Shown: positions 40,131 to 49,448, counted from the first letter of the stretch. The stretch: 64,000 nucleotides of DNA from Thermodesulfovibrionales bacterium (GCA_963715195.1 CAVQRT010000003.1:192001-256000), one strand, 5' to 3'. Notes: generated by a model from the sequence alone, not told the origin. Numbers and translations: made by a program.

Positions 40131-41083
40131 AAATCATTTCTCACCTGTCTGCCGCTCTCCTTATCATTCTCTTCTCCCTCCTGCTCGGTTCTCATGCGAT
40201 CAATCCGTTTCAGATCAGCGACGTTGAGCAGGAAATTCTCATCTCCATCAGACTTCCCCGTGTCATTGTAGCGGTTCTCATGGGAATGGCTTTAGGAGCT
40301 TCGGGCGCTGTTCTCCAGGGGATACTGAAAAATCCCCTTGCAGACCCCTATATCCTTGGGATTTCCAGCGGAGCAGCCCTGTCGGCAACTCTCGGATTCG
40401 TCTCCGGTGTGTATATTCTGGGGAAATTCAGCATACCTTTCACCGCTTTTATCGGTGCATCCCTCATCAGCGCGATCGTTGGTATTTTCGGCTGGAAGGC
40501 TGGCAAACTCTTGCCGGAGCGGCTTCTTCTTGCCGGTGTCGGTCTCAGCTTTCTCCTGTACGCCATGTTAATGTTCATCATCAGCATTTCATCACATGAA
40601 GGCATCAGGAGGGCTGTGCTCTGGATATTCGGAGATCTGTCAATTGCTGATTGGTCGATGATTCCATACGGAATGCTCTTTATTCTCGGTGGTTTGTACA
40701 TTTCCGTCTCTCGGGCAAAAGCCCTGAATGCCTTAATGCTCGGAGATGAGATTGCCCACAGCCTGGGTTTTGCCGTCCACCGGGAAAGGCTCCTCTTTTT
40801 TATTGCGATTTCCCTTATGACCTCGGCATCGGTATCTCTGGGCGGGACAATCGGATTTATCGGGCTTCTCGTCCCTCATATGGTCAGATTTATCTCAGGG
40901 GCTGACAACAGATACGTGGTGCCGCTGTCTGCGCTGTACGGCGGGGTGTTTCTCTGCGGTGCGGATCTAATCGGCAGAGCTCTGCTGCCACCAATGGAGA
41001 TTCCTTCAGGAATCATAACTGCACTGATTGGATCTCCATATTTTCTTTACCTGTTACGGAAACGGGATGTCCTCACTGCCTGA
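40118..41083 (+). CDS. FecCD/BtuC-family ABC permease
   Basis: IRLPRV, LQGILKNPLADPYILGISSGA, IGFIGLLVPH, P.GIITALIG.PYFLYLL. Confidence 0.92.
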   Translation: MSQVKIISHLSAALLIILFSLLLGSHAINPFQISDVEQEILISIRLPRVIVAVLMGMALGASGAVLQGILKNPLADPYILGISSGAALSATLGFVSGVYILGKFSIPFTAFIGASLISAIVGIFGWKAGKLLPERLLLAGVGLSFLLYAMLMFIISISSHEGIRRAVLWIFGDLSIADWSMIPYGMLFILGGLYISVSRAKALNALMLGDEIAHSLGFAVHRERLLFFIAISLMTSASVSLGGTIGFIGLLVPHMVRFISGADNRYVVPLSALYGGVFLCGADLIGRALLPPMEIPSGIITALIGSPYFLYLLRKRDVLTA

Positions 41084-41118
41084 GGTAACCGCTCAGCATC
41101 CGAAAAAACGGAATACTA

Positions 41119-41250
41119 TTAGGAAATTTTCTTTTTGATGGTTTTGACTTTTCTGGCTACTTTCTTTTTCACAGACTTCGCGGTCTTGGTCACCTTTTTC
41201 TTTACAGACTTTGCCTGCTTCGCAACCTTTTTCCCAATCTTAGTAGCCAT
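41119..41250 (-). CDS. 43-aa highly basic small protein with an 11-residue repeat (histone H1/Hc2-like composition)
   Basis: Manual translation MATKIGKKVAKQAKSVKKKVTKTAKSVKKKVARKVKTIKKKIS*; GAAGGAGG RBS; TAA TAG double stop; below the ORF-track cutoff. Confidence 0.75.
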   Translation of the reverse strand: MATKIGKKVAKQAKSVKKKVTKTAKSVKKKVARKVKTIKKKIS

Positions 41251-41282
41251 TCTTTCCTCCTTCAGTTTTTTATGCCGCTGAA

Positions 41283-41311
41283 ATCCTAACAGGAAGTACT
41301 CCTGATGTCAA
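41283..41311 (-). promoter_or_regulatory. sigma70-type promoter of the small basic protein gene
   Basis: TTGACA-17 bp-TAGGAT with an extended TG; the spacer contains the inverted repeat CAGGA-gtact-TCCTG. Confidence 0.6.
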
Positions 41312-41520
41312 CCGTATTAGCCCGAAAAATGCCTTTGAAAAAAGCGGATGTTTTGGAAAAACGTATTTTTCGATTCTATACTGTCTCCGTCACGAATGGT
41401 CAACGGAATATTTTCATCAGGAAAACAAGCAAAAACAATTTTCATAATCATCGAGTTATATAAATTTCTGAACAATGTCTGCATTGTTTGCGTCAAGCAA
41501 TAAAAAGGCGCTCTTCAAAA

Positions 41521-42138
41521 CTAACCAAGATTGAGCAGTTCTTCTAAAGTTGCCCGTGATTTCATTTCAATTTCAGCATGCAGGCTCTTCCCATAAGCAT
41601 CCATCGTTACAATCGCGGGGAAATCATTCACTTCGAGAATCCACATGGCCTCTGCCATGCCAAACTCCTTAAGCTTCCAGACGCCTGCTACCCGTTTTAC
41701 GCGATCAGCAAGATAAATCGCAGCGCCACCGATTGCATGCAGATATACACAGCCATGCTTCCTGAGGGCATTGAGCGTTTCCGTGCCCATGCCTCCCTTG
41801 CCCATCAACGCCCGGACGCCATAGACCGCGATAATCCTTGATGCATAACTTTCGACCCGCATGCTCGTTGTGGGACCGCTTGCAACACAGCGGTAACCTC
41901 CTGAAGTCTGCTCGATAATCGGCCCGCAATGGTAGAGGATTGTCCCTTTGAGATTGAAAGGTATCTGTTGCTCAGGTGGTCTCTTGTCGAATAAATATCT
42001 GTGCAGCTTATCCCTGCCGGTAACGAGCAACCCCTGCAGAGTAACGATGTCCCCTGTACGCAGCGACAGAGCATCTTTTTTGGCCATAGGGAGGCGGAGT
42101 ATTTTTGTTTTCTGACCGTTTAATTTCGAATGCTGCAT
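41521..42138 (-). CDS. Fe-S hydro-lyase beta subunit (class I fumarase/tartrate dehydratase)
   Basis: GRDKLH, YHCGP, GPTTSMR, MGKGG, GMAEAMW, MDAYG. Confidence 0.9.
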   Translation of the reverse strand: MQHSKLNGQKTKILRLPMAKKDALSLRTGDIVTLQGLLVTGRDKLHRYLFDKRPPEQQIPFNLKGTILYHCGPIIEQTSGGYRCVASGPTTSMRVESYASRIIAVYGVRALMGKGGMGTETLNALRKHGCVYLHAIGGAAIYLADRVKRVAGVWKLKEFGMAEAMWILEVNDFPAIVTMDAYGKSLHAEIEMKSRATLEELLNLG

Positions 42139-42998
42139 TTTAAATTATGAGGGTCCCATATCATCCGTGCCCTCCTGTCAGCCCAGCAGGAAACCGATAC
42201 ATCAACGAAATACGATGCCGGATGTCTGTGGTTGATTCCAATCTTGACTGCAAGGGCCGTTGTCCTGCCGCCAAGCCCGATTGTTCCGATGCCGAGTGAA
42301 TTTATGTCATCCCGGATCCTTTTCTCGAACCTCGCCAAAACAGAATAGTGGTTCTGATCGTCGAGTCTCCGGAAGAGTTGCTCCTTTGAAAGTCTCGTGA
42401 CCTGATCCTTTGTCGCCCCGACCCCCACACCGACAACATAAGGAGGACACCCTCTCCCCTGTGCTTTTTGTATCGTATCAAGAACGCATTTCCGCACGCC
42501 GTCCAGATCCCTTTCCGCTTTTAATTCTGCAATTGGTAATTTGTACATCTGCCCGATATTTTCAGAACCAGAACCTTTCAGCATGAGGTCGATCATAAGA
42601 CGCCTGCCTTTTGTCTCATCGGCATATATGACAGGAAATCCGATACCGGTATTGTCTCCGGAATTCCTCTCTGTAATGATATCGACTGCGTTTGGCCTCA
42701 GGGGAATTTCCCGTGTCGCAATCCTCGTTGCCTTTACGACCGTATTCTTTATCTCAAGGTGACTGACCCCCGCAGGTGCTCTTATGAAGAAAACGGGGAC
42801 TCCCGTATCCTGGCAAATCGGCCGTCCGGTCTTCATCGCTGAGCGGATATTCTCAAGGATAACAGAGAGTGCGAGGGCTGCATGTGATCCTTTTCGTTCC
42901 TGCGGGCAGAGATTTCGAAGTGCAGACGTAATATCCGAGGGAAGAGTCGTAGCGGCCGTTCTGTATAGTTCAACTATGGCGTTGCGCAGATGAATCAT
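42120..42998 (-). CDS. Fe-S hydro-lyase alpha subunit (class I fumarase/tartrate dehydratase)
   Basis: PICQDTG, LRPNAV, KGSGSEN, GCPP, G.IGLGG, RHPAS, CWADRR. Confidence 0.9.
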   Translation of the reverse strand: MIHLRNAIVELYRTAATTLPSDITSALRNLCPQERKGSHAALALSVILENIRSAMKTGRPICQDTGVPVFFIRAPAGVSHLEIKNTVVKATRIATREIPLRPNAVDIITERNSGDNTGIGFPVIYADETKGRRLMIDLMLKGSGSENIGQMYKLPIAELKAERDLDGVRKCVLDTIQKAQGRGCPPYVVGVGVGATKDQVTRLSKEQLFRRLDDQNHYSVLARFEKRIRDDINSLGIGTIGLGGRTTALAVKIGINHRHPASYFVDVSVSCWADRRARMIWDPHNLKCSIRN

Positions 42999-43017
42999 GA
43001 ACTACTATATCATGCTG

Positions 43018-43722
43018 CTAAGAAAATATCCTGAACAGGAGGAATGTCACCGACGCTCCCATGAGGCCGCCCAGCAAAACTTCCAAAACCGTATGCGCCC
43101 TTGTTCCCACCCTGCTCTGTGCAACAAAAACTGCAAAGGCGAATGTGAGCATTGATGCGACGAAATTCTCTGTAATATAAGTTGTGGCAACCCATGCTGA
43201 AAAAGCGAGTGCAGAATGTCCGCTCGGCATTCCGCCCCGCAGGGGAAGGCCTTTTCCGAAATATGCCTTTGTGATAACGACCAGAATTAGTACAATAACA
43301 ATTGCGATGAGTGCGATCTCTTCCTTTGTATGCTTCGAAATGGAGATTCCCGCATGAAAGGCATTTCTCAGATAAGGGAACAGGATAATATAGCCGATTA
43401 CCGCCACACCGAATGCCGTGACAAACACAGCACCTGCGGAGATATCCTTTGCAACCCGTGCTTTTTCACTCTGCTCCGGTGATACCATGTCGACTAAGGC
43501 CTCTATCGCCGTGTTGAACATTTCGGCCAGCAGAACCGCAATGACCGACAGAGCGATAATAAGAAACTCCGTGCGCGATACCCCGAGCACGTAACTCAGG
43601 AGAAGGACCGCTGACGCACTGAAATAATGATACCGCAGATGCCTCTGCGTTTTGGCGGCATGCAGTATGCCTTCTATTGCGAAATTAGCGCTTCTCCACC
43701 ACTGCCTGAAGGGCATCTGCAT
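43018..43722 (-). CDS. dgkA: diacylglycerol/undecaprenol kinase fused to a PAP2 phosphatase domain
   Basis: AEMFNTAIEALVD, AKDISAGAV; C-terminal GGMPSGHSA and SRV...H...EV. Confidence 0.88.
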   Translation of the reverse strand: MQMPFRQWWRSANFAIEGILHAAKTQRHLRYHYFSASAVLLLSYVLGVSRTEFLIIALSVIAVLLAEMFNTAIEALVDMVSPEQSEKARVAKDISAGAVFVTAFGVAVIGYIILFPYLRNAFHAGISISKHTKEEIALIAIVIVLILVVITKAYFGKGLPLRGGMPSGHSALAFSAWVATTYITENFVASMLTFAFAVFVAQSRVGTRAHTVLEVLLGGLMGASVTFLLFRIFS

Positions 43723-44864
43723 TATCCTCCCTGAGTTAAGATGCCTGCGAGCTCCCTGATGAGGACCGTATTTTCGCGATGTGATTTCACGGAAATTCCC
43801 ATATATGAGCTGTCAAGCCCTGCAAAATCGGTGAAGTCGCGGACAAGGATGCCCCTGCCCCTCAGACGGCGGCAGGTTTCGGACGCAGCAGCTGTTTGTA
43901 TCAGATAGAAATTCGCATCCGACGGGGAAAAAGCAATCCCCAGTTTCCTGAAACTCTTCTCAAGGTAAGCTTTTTCCCGCTGTATCACTTTCATTGATTC
44001 TTTCCGGTAGGCCTTGTCTTTCAGGGCCGCTAACGCGGCTCTCTGTGCGAGGCTGTTGACCATCCAGGGCATTTTGTCATCCCGTAACCGCGCGATACAC
44101 TGGATAGGCGAAACAGCATATCCAAACCGTATTCCTGCAAGGCCATACGAATAAGACATTGATCTCAGGACGAAAAGATACGGGTTGTCAGCGACTGCTT
44201 CTGTCATCGAATTGCCGGGATTGAAATCGATATGTGCCTCGTCGACGACAAGATAACATCTAAGGTCTCTGGCAGCGTCAGCAATCTTTCTCACAGCCTG
44301 CTTCTCCAGGAATCGCCCGGTAGGATTATTGGGATTACAGAGAAAAGCCATGTCAAAAGGCTCTGAGGATTGATTCATTTCCACCTGCTTCCCTTTTGCA
44401 TCGGGAAATGAGGGGGCATTTGGCAGTTTTCCTGCTATTGCCTGAATAAATTCATCGGGATCCAAATCGAAATTCTGTTCCCTTTTTAACCCATACCGCA
44501 CAACTTTTGCATCGCCGCTCATTCTGCACGCTCTTTCATACACTGAACATGTTGGTGCAGGCACAAGAACTTTCTGTGGACTCAATGCCTTTGCTGTCAG
44601 GTAAATAATCTCTGTGCTTCCGTTGCCACACAGTATCGTTTCAGGATCAACGGCATGAAATTGTCCGAGTCTTTTTCTTATCCGTTTTGTGTCAGAATCA
44701 GGATAACGGTGCAGATATTTCAGATGTTTCCGCATCTCGGCTTTGACCTTTTTGGATACTCCGAGGGGGTTAACCGGAACGCTGAAATCCATTATCCTTC
44801 TTTCCGGAATATGCAATTCATCCGCTATCCGGTAGATATTGTCGTCGTATTCAGGCTGATTCAC
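43722..44864 (-). CDS. CobD/HisC-like class I/II aminotransferase-fold protein lacking the PLP-binding lysine
   Basis: DFS..VNPLG, YPD, GNGSTE.I, CNPNNPTG, VVDEA.IDF, LRSMS(Y)SYGLAGIRFGY. Confidence 0.8.
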   Translation of the reverse strand: MNQPEYDDNIYRIADELHIPERRIMDFSVPVNPLGVSKKVKAEMRKHLKYLHRYPDSDTKRIRKRLGQFHAVDPETILCGNGSTEIIYLTAKALSPQKVLVPAPTCSVYERACRMSGDAKVVRYGLKREQNFDLDPDEFIQAIAGKLPNAPSFPDAKGKQVEMNQSSEPFDMAFLCNPNNPTGRFLEKQAVRKIADAARDLRCYLVVDEAHIDFNPGNSMTEAVADNPYLFVLRSMSYSYGLAGIRFGYAVSPIQCIARLRDDKMPWMVNSLAQRAALAALKDKAYRKESMKVIQREKAYLEKSFRKLGIAFSPSDANFYLIQTAAASETCRRLRGRGILVRDFTDFAGLDSSYMGISVKSHRENTVLIRELAGILTQGG

Positions 44865-44954
44865 GAAATTCCCTTTCCCTGCCCACTACTTTTTTACCAT
44901 TAAGTATACTCTATACCATCACTGTGTTAAACTACCGTATACTTCGAATCCTCC

Positions 44955-45629
44955 ATGAGTTCCTTGAAAATATCCAAAGAAAACCAGCAGCGCATCCGGC
45001 AATTACAGAAGATCTACAGGGCGAAGAAAAAGGAGATTACCTGTCGCCTCGGAGAATTTTCGGAATGCCTGAAAGAGAAAGATGAGATCGGAATATTCAG
45101 CGAGCTGGCATTCTGTCTTCTGACACCGCAATCAAAGGCTCAATGCTGCTGGAATGCCATCCGGACAATCGACCGCCAAAATCTCCTTCTTTCAGGGACT
45201 GAAGATGATATAAAAGGGACGTTGCGCCGCGTCAGATTCCATAACAAGAAAGCCCGGTACGTTGTCGGAGCGCGGGAGCAGTTCCGGAACAACAAGGGAC
45301 TTGCCATAAAAACTGTACTGAAAAATTTCTCTGACGTTTACGAGTGCAGGGAATGGTTGGTGAAAAATATTGCGGGACTTGGCTACAAGGAGGCAAGCCA
45401 TTTTCTGAGAAACATCGGAATTGGGAACAATATCGCAATCCTGGACAGGCATATCCTGAGGAACCTGGTTCAGTTCAGTGTCATTCGGGAAATTCCCCCA
45501 TCTCTCGGCAAAGCGCAGTATCTGCAGATCGAGGAAAAAATGTCGGCGTTTGCACGTGAGATACGAATCCCCCTCGCTCACCTCGATCTGCTGCTGTGGT
45601 TCAAGGAGACAGGAGAAATTTTCAAGTAA
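44955..45629 (+). CDS. ogg: 8-oxoguanine DNA glycosylase/AP lyase (archaeal/Thermotoga Ogg type)
   Basis: ELAFCLLTPQS, RFHNKKA, GLGYKEASHFLRNIG, ILDRHILR, DLLLW..ETG.IFK. Confidence 0.88.
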   Translation: MSSLKISKENQQRIRQLQKIYRAKKKEITCRLGEFSECLKEKDEIGIFSELAFCLLTPQSKAQCCWNAIRTIDRQNLLLSGTEDDIKGTLRRVRFHNKKARYVVGAREQFRNNKGLAIKTVLKNFSDVYECREWLVKNIAGLGYKEASHFLRNIGIGNNIAILDRHILRNLVQFSVIREIPPSLGKAQYLQIEEKMSAFAREIRIPLAHLDLLLWFKETGEIFK

Positions 45630-45635
45630 AGTAAT

Positions 45636-47942
45636 CTATATCGTGCCTTCGAGCACGACTTCCCGGTAGCCGACAAGAAACTTCTTTCTCAGCACTTGAA
45701 TAGTGAACTGCTCCCCCCTCTTCTTATCAAGCATAAAAATTTTCACGTCATCGATTCCCTCAATCTTCCAATCGTCGAGAGAGACGAGGATATCGCCTTT
45801 TTTGAGTCCGGTACTCTTTGCAATACTGCCCGGCACCACCTTTTCAATTTGAACATATCCATCGTGCTCATTCAGGATGACGCCCAGTTTAAGCGTTGTC
45901 GGGGGGGCAAGCGGTTCAGATGTAACCAGGTAATCTGCTACATTACCGTCGAGAAATTCTCTGCCGGGGAGGATAATAACGTAATCTTTCTTATTCAAAC
46001 GGTATGCCCGTTGCGGGATACCGGAGCCATACATGAGGTGTCCGGCTCCGGCCAGGACAACCATCTGATAGTCGGGATGTTTACTGAGGAATTCATCAAT
46101 GGCCTGCGCCATAGTCTCATCCCAGAGTATCTGGGACTGATAAAAATTGTCGAAATTTTTGTTCTCATGATTCCGGTGCTGTTTGAAAACGTCTTCGAGT
46201 CTCTTCCGGTATTCCTCATCCGACATGTCCATCGAGGCTGGCAACTCTGCCCGCTCTATATCAGTCAGGCTGTCGAGACCACTTGTTGAGACTTTTTTTA
46301 TTATTTCTGTCCAAAGGTTGAGCGCTATAACAGGGATGTTTTTTGCCTTCGCGTATTCGATAATCTCCCTGTACAGATTGTAATCGAACTGCCATCTCTT
46401 GAAGTATTGCGTTTTCTTCAGAAATTCCCTTTCACTGAGTGCCCCTGAAAGGTAGTCATCCAAGTCTTTCTGGAAGGGCTTTTGAAACATCTCCATTCCT
46501 ATAGCAAAGGTATGGCCTCTTTCATGCAGATTCATGATTATTCTCAACTGAGTTTTGTGATCCTCATAATTGACGTGGCGCTCACCGGCATAAATGATCG
46601 TCTTGTCCAGGATGGTATCAAAATCATCCTCCAGCCTTCCTAACTTAGCAGGCTGGATTGTCAGCACCGGTTCGTAAACATTAACGGATATTCCCCGTGC
46701 AGCCTCATCAGCAATTCTCTCAATATATCTGCCATTACTGAATCTGATACGAGAATACCTGGCCGATTGTTGTAACGCTTCAGGAGATGGAATATTCTCC
46801 TTTGTATCTGCATGCGCGATAGCGATGACTTTTGATGCGTTCAGGGGATTTTTTCGTATGGACAGTGTGAATCCGGTTGCCGGCATACGGATATTGCCGA
46901 AGAGTCTTTTTACCACCCGCCCCTCGGATTCGAAAATGAGCAGGGAGTGAGATCTGATGTCCTCGTCTTTTATTTCGCTTTCTCCCTGCACAGGAAATCC
47001 GGTCTGTTTCAGTGCATCAATGAAACCACGGTATTTTTCGCTATCCTCGTCTGGGATGACCAGGAGTTTTTTCTCGTCTCCGAGAAATCCGGATAGCAAA
47101 GGGGGTGATTCCTCAGGCAACAGCTTCCGCATAACAGCATAGTCGCTGTCAAAGAGTAGCTCCATCGGAGTCCCTTCAACAGGCAGAGCAAAATGCTCCT
47201 TTTCCTTTTCGAGATGTAACATCTGCCTCACTTCTCCCCTGTCAGTCCTGACTATCACCGGCAGATCGAATCTGTACGCTTCCCCTTTCTGTACAATGTC
47301 GAAAGAGACGGCCTGCACTCCGTTGACCACCGCAACCCTTTCATCTTCAATTTCGAACTCGGGCAAACCCTTCCGATCAACCCACTGACTGAAGAACCAT
47401 TCAAGGTTATTACCCGAGGCGTTTTCGAATGCTGCTCTGACGTCAGACCATGATATCCGGGAGTATTCGTTCTCCTTGATCAGGCTTTTCACAGCATCGA
47501 AAAATATCCCGTCACCAACGTTCTCTCTCAGCATATGGAACAGCATGGCTCCCTTTCCGTTGCAGATAGCTTTTGATAGTTCATCATCGCCATGCTTGCA
47601 CTCTTTGAGAGAAAATTCTTTTTCAGCCATAACATAATGTTGATAATCTAACAGGAGATTTTTCCTGTAGTGCCAACCCTCACCTCTTCTTTCTGCCTGC
47701 ATGTGATCTGTGAGATAAAAAAATAAACCGGCAGGATGATCCCCTTTTACCGCTTCTTTCTCATCAGAACCACCGATCCATGACTGAAGCATGTTCTGGA
47801 ATTCGGTTGACGCGCTTGCCCGCAAATCTCCCCCGGCAATATCAGATGAAACCGCAAGGCCGGAACCGGAGGACCCCTGCGATACCTGAGAAGTCGACGC
47901 TAAAAGAAAAGCTGAGAGAAGAATGAAAACATGAACTTTCAT
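45636..47942 (-). CDS. exported multidomain protein: degenerate M1 peptidase C-terminal region, ChaN (Tiki/TraB/EreA fold) domain and PDZ domain
   Basis: GKGAMLFHMLR..VGD and LEWFFSQWV (M1-like); GERH, IGMEMF, QILWDETMA, LAGAGH (ChaN); LGV..V.PGSIA...GLKKGDIL (PDZ). Confidence 0.8.
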   Translation of the reverse strand: MKVHVFILLSAFLLASTSQVSQGSSGSGLAVSSDIAGGDLRASASTEFQNMLQSWIGGSDEKEAVKGDHPAGLFFYLTDHMQAERRGEGWHYRKNLLLDYQHYVMAEKEFSLKECKHGDDELSKAICNGKGAMLFHMLRENVGDGIFFDAVKSLIKENEYSRISWSDVRAAFENASGNNLEWFFSQWVDRKGLPEFEIEDERVAVVNGVQAVSFDIVQKGEAYRFDLPVIVRTDRGEVRQMLHLEKEKEHFALPVEGTPMELLFDSDYAVMRKLLPEESPPLLSGFLGDEKKLLVIPDEDSEKYRGFIDALKQTGFPVQGESEIKDEDIRSHSLLIFESEGRVVKRLFGNIRMPATGFTLSIRKNPLNASKVIAIAHADTKENIPSPEALQQSARYSRIRFSNGRYIERIADEAARGISVNVYEPVLTIQPAKLGRLEDDFDTILDKTIIYAGERHVNYEDHKTQLRIIMNLHERGHTFAIGMEMFQKPFQKDLDDYLSGALSEREFLKKTQYFKRWQFDYNLYREIIEYAKAKNIPVIALNLWTEIIKKVSTSGLDSLTDIERAELPASMDMSDEEYRKRLEDVFKQHRNHENKNFDNFYQSQILWDETMAQAIDEFLSKHPDYQMVVLAGAGHLMYGSGIPQRAYRLNKKDYVIILPGREFLDGNVADYLVTSEPLAPPTTLKLGVILNEHDGYVQIEKVVPGSIAKSTGLKKGDILVSLDDWKIEGIDDVKIFMLDKKRGEQFTIQVLRKKFLVGYREVVLEGTI

Positions 47943-47976
47943 TGTATGTATTTATAGTAACGGTTCTTGAACCATA

Positions 47977-48004
47977 TTGACAATCTTCCAAAATGATTTA
48001 CAAT
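47977..48004 (+). promoter_or_regulatory. sigma70-type promoter of the slp-like gene (possibly leaderless)
   Basis: TTGACA-16 bp-TACAAT ending 6 nt before ATG 48011. Confidence 0.5.
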
Positions 48005-48010
48005 GAAACT

Positions 48011-48586
48011 ATGAAGCAACTCGGCATGATTTTGCCAATTCTTTTTCTCGTCTTGGTATGTTCGTGCGCACCCGTCCTGAGGCAGGAAATCATGGATGCG
48101 AGCATAAAAGAGTTTTCCCTCTCAGATATGAAAAAAAATCCCGAGGCATATGAGAAAAATCTGTTCATCCTCGGTGGAATAATCATTGATACAAAGGCAA
48201 CGTCTGAAGGCTCCCTGATCGAAGCGCTTTATGTACCTGTAGACTCACGGGGATATCTGAAAAATATCGGGATATTTCAGACCAGGTTTCTTGCGTTATT
48301 CCCAAAGGAAAGCGGTTTTCTGGACCCTATTATCTTCAAACGGGACAGGGAGATAACGTGTGCCGGAGAATTTCAAGGGTTACGCGAGGGTAGGATAGAG
48401 GAAATGGAATATACCTATCCGTTCTTCATCATCAAGGAACTGTATCTGTGGGCCGAGAGAAGAGAATATTATAACTGGCCCTACTATTACGAACCGTATC
48501 CTTACTGGTGGGATTACCCTCACCAGTGGTACGGTAGTCCCTACTGGGGGTGGCGGCACCGTGTTCCACCCCCTTACTGGTGGTAA
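48011..48586 (+). CDS. Slp-family outer-membrane lipoprotein
   Basis: Lipobox ..CSCA, LGGIII, RFLA...GFLDP.IF..R.IT.AG, Y.YP, LYLW, Tyr/Trp/Pro-rich tail. Confidence 0.82.
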   Translation: MKQLGMILPILFLVLVCSCAPVLRQEIMDASIKEFSLSDMKKNPEAYEKNLFILGGIIIDTKATSEGSLIEALYVPVDSRGYLKNIGIFQTRFLALFPKESGFLDPIIFKRDREITCAGEFQGLREGRIEEMEYTYPFFIIKELYLWAERREYYNWPYYYEPYPYWWDYPHQWYGSPYWGWRHRVPPPYWW

Positions 48587-48621
48587 TATATCGCAAAAGC
48601 AGTCTATGAAGGAGGTGCAGA

Positions 48622-48852
48622 ATGGCAAGGGTTTATATGCTGGCAAATCTTACAGCCGGCAAAGAAAATTTCGTGCGAGACACCTTGCGGGGAACCAAAG
48701 GAGTAGTCCAGGCAGATATCATCACAGGTGCATATGACCTCATCGCAATCCTCGAAGCGAAGGAAATGAATGATATCTTCAGCAAGATTCTGAAGGATAT
48801 CCGGCAAATAAAGGGGTTGACAAGGACCGAAACATTTGTGGCGATTGAATAA
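48622..48852 (+). CDS. stand-alone Lrp/AsnC ligand-binding domain protein
   Basis: GAAGGAGGT RBS; ITGAYDLIA, IRQIKGLTRTET. Confidence 0.82.
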   Translation: MARVYMLANLTAGKENFVRDTLRGTKGVVQADIITGAYDLIAILEAKEMNDIFSKILKDIRQIKGLTRTETFVAIE

Positions 48853-49010
48853 TAAAAAAGGCTGTTCCTGCGTAATTGCTTATACAATCTTCAATAGAAA
48901 ATGTTTGCCGAGGACATTCTGCTGCAAAAATCCGTGGTTCTCAATATAAGAAAGGGATAGTTTGTGTTTGTGCATTCTGCGCGCATGATTAAACAGGAAA
49001 GGGGCAGATC

Positions 49011-49448
49011 ATGAAATGGTGTTATGGAGTTATCATTGCAGTAATTCTTTTTTCAGGAGTTAATGCATATTCGCAAAATGCTGATTCTATCGTAGGTGAA
49101 TGGTACACGGAAGAAGAGCGGTCTGTCGTGGAAATTTCCCGGTGCGACAATCTTTACTGCGGTAAAATTATATGGCTGAAATCTCCAAAGGACGAAGCCG
49201 GGAAGGACAAGGTTGATACAAAAAATCCCGACGAGACCATGAGGGGCAGGCCGCTTTTGGGACTTCCGCTCTTGACAGACTTCACATATAAGGGCAACAA
49301 CAAATGGGAAGGCGGAAAAATCTATGACCCGAAAAATGGGAAAACATACTCCTGCAAGATGACACTTGAGGGAAACACCTTGAAGGTGAGGGGATTCGTA
49401 GGCTTTTCACTCTTGGGCAGAACAACTATCTGGACAAAGAAACTATAG
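49011..49448 (+). CDS. DUF2147-family exported protein
   Basis: Signal peptide; IVGEW, CGKIIWL, D.KNPD..R.RPLLG, W.GG.IYDP.NGK.Y, LKVRGF.G.SLLGRT..W. Confidence 0.88.
   Translation: MKWCYGVIIAVILFSGVNAYSQNADSIVGEWYTEEERSVVEISRCDNLYCGKIIWLKSPKDEAGKDKVDTKNPDETMRGRPLLGLPLLTDFTYKGNNKWEGGKIYDPKNGKTYSCKMTLEGNTLKVRGFVGFSLLGRTTIWTKKL

Noticed and set aside
48460..48586. Tyr/Trp/Pro-rich tail as a separate peptide system
   Set aside because: Such tails are common in Slp-family lipoproteins
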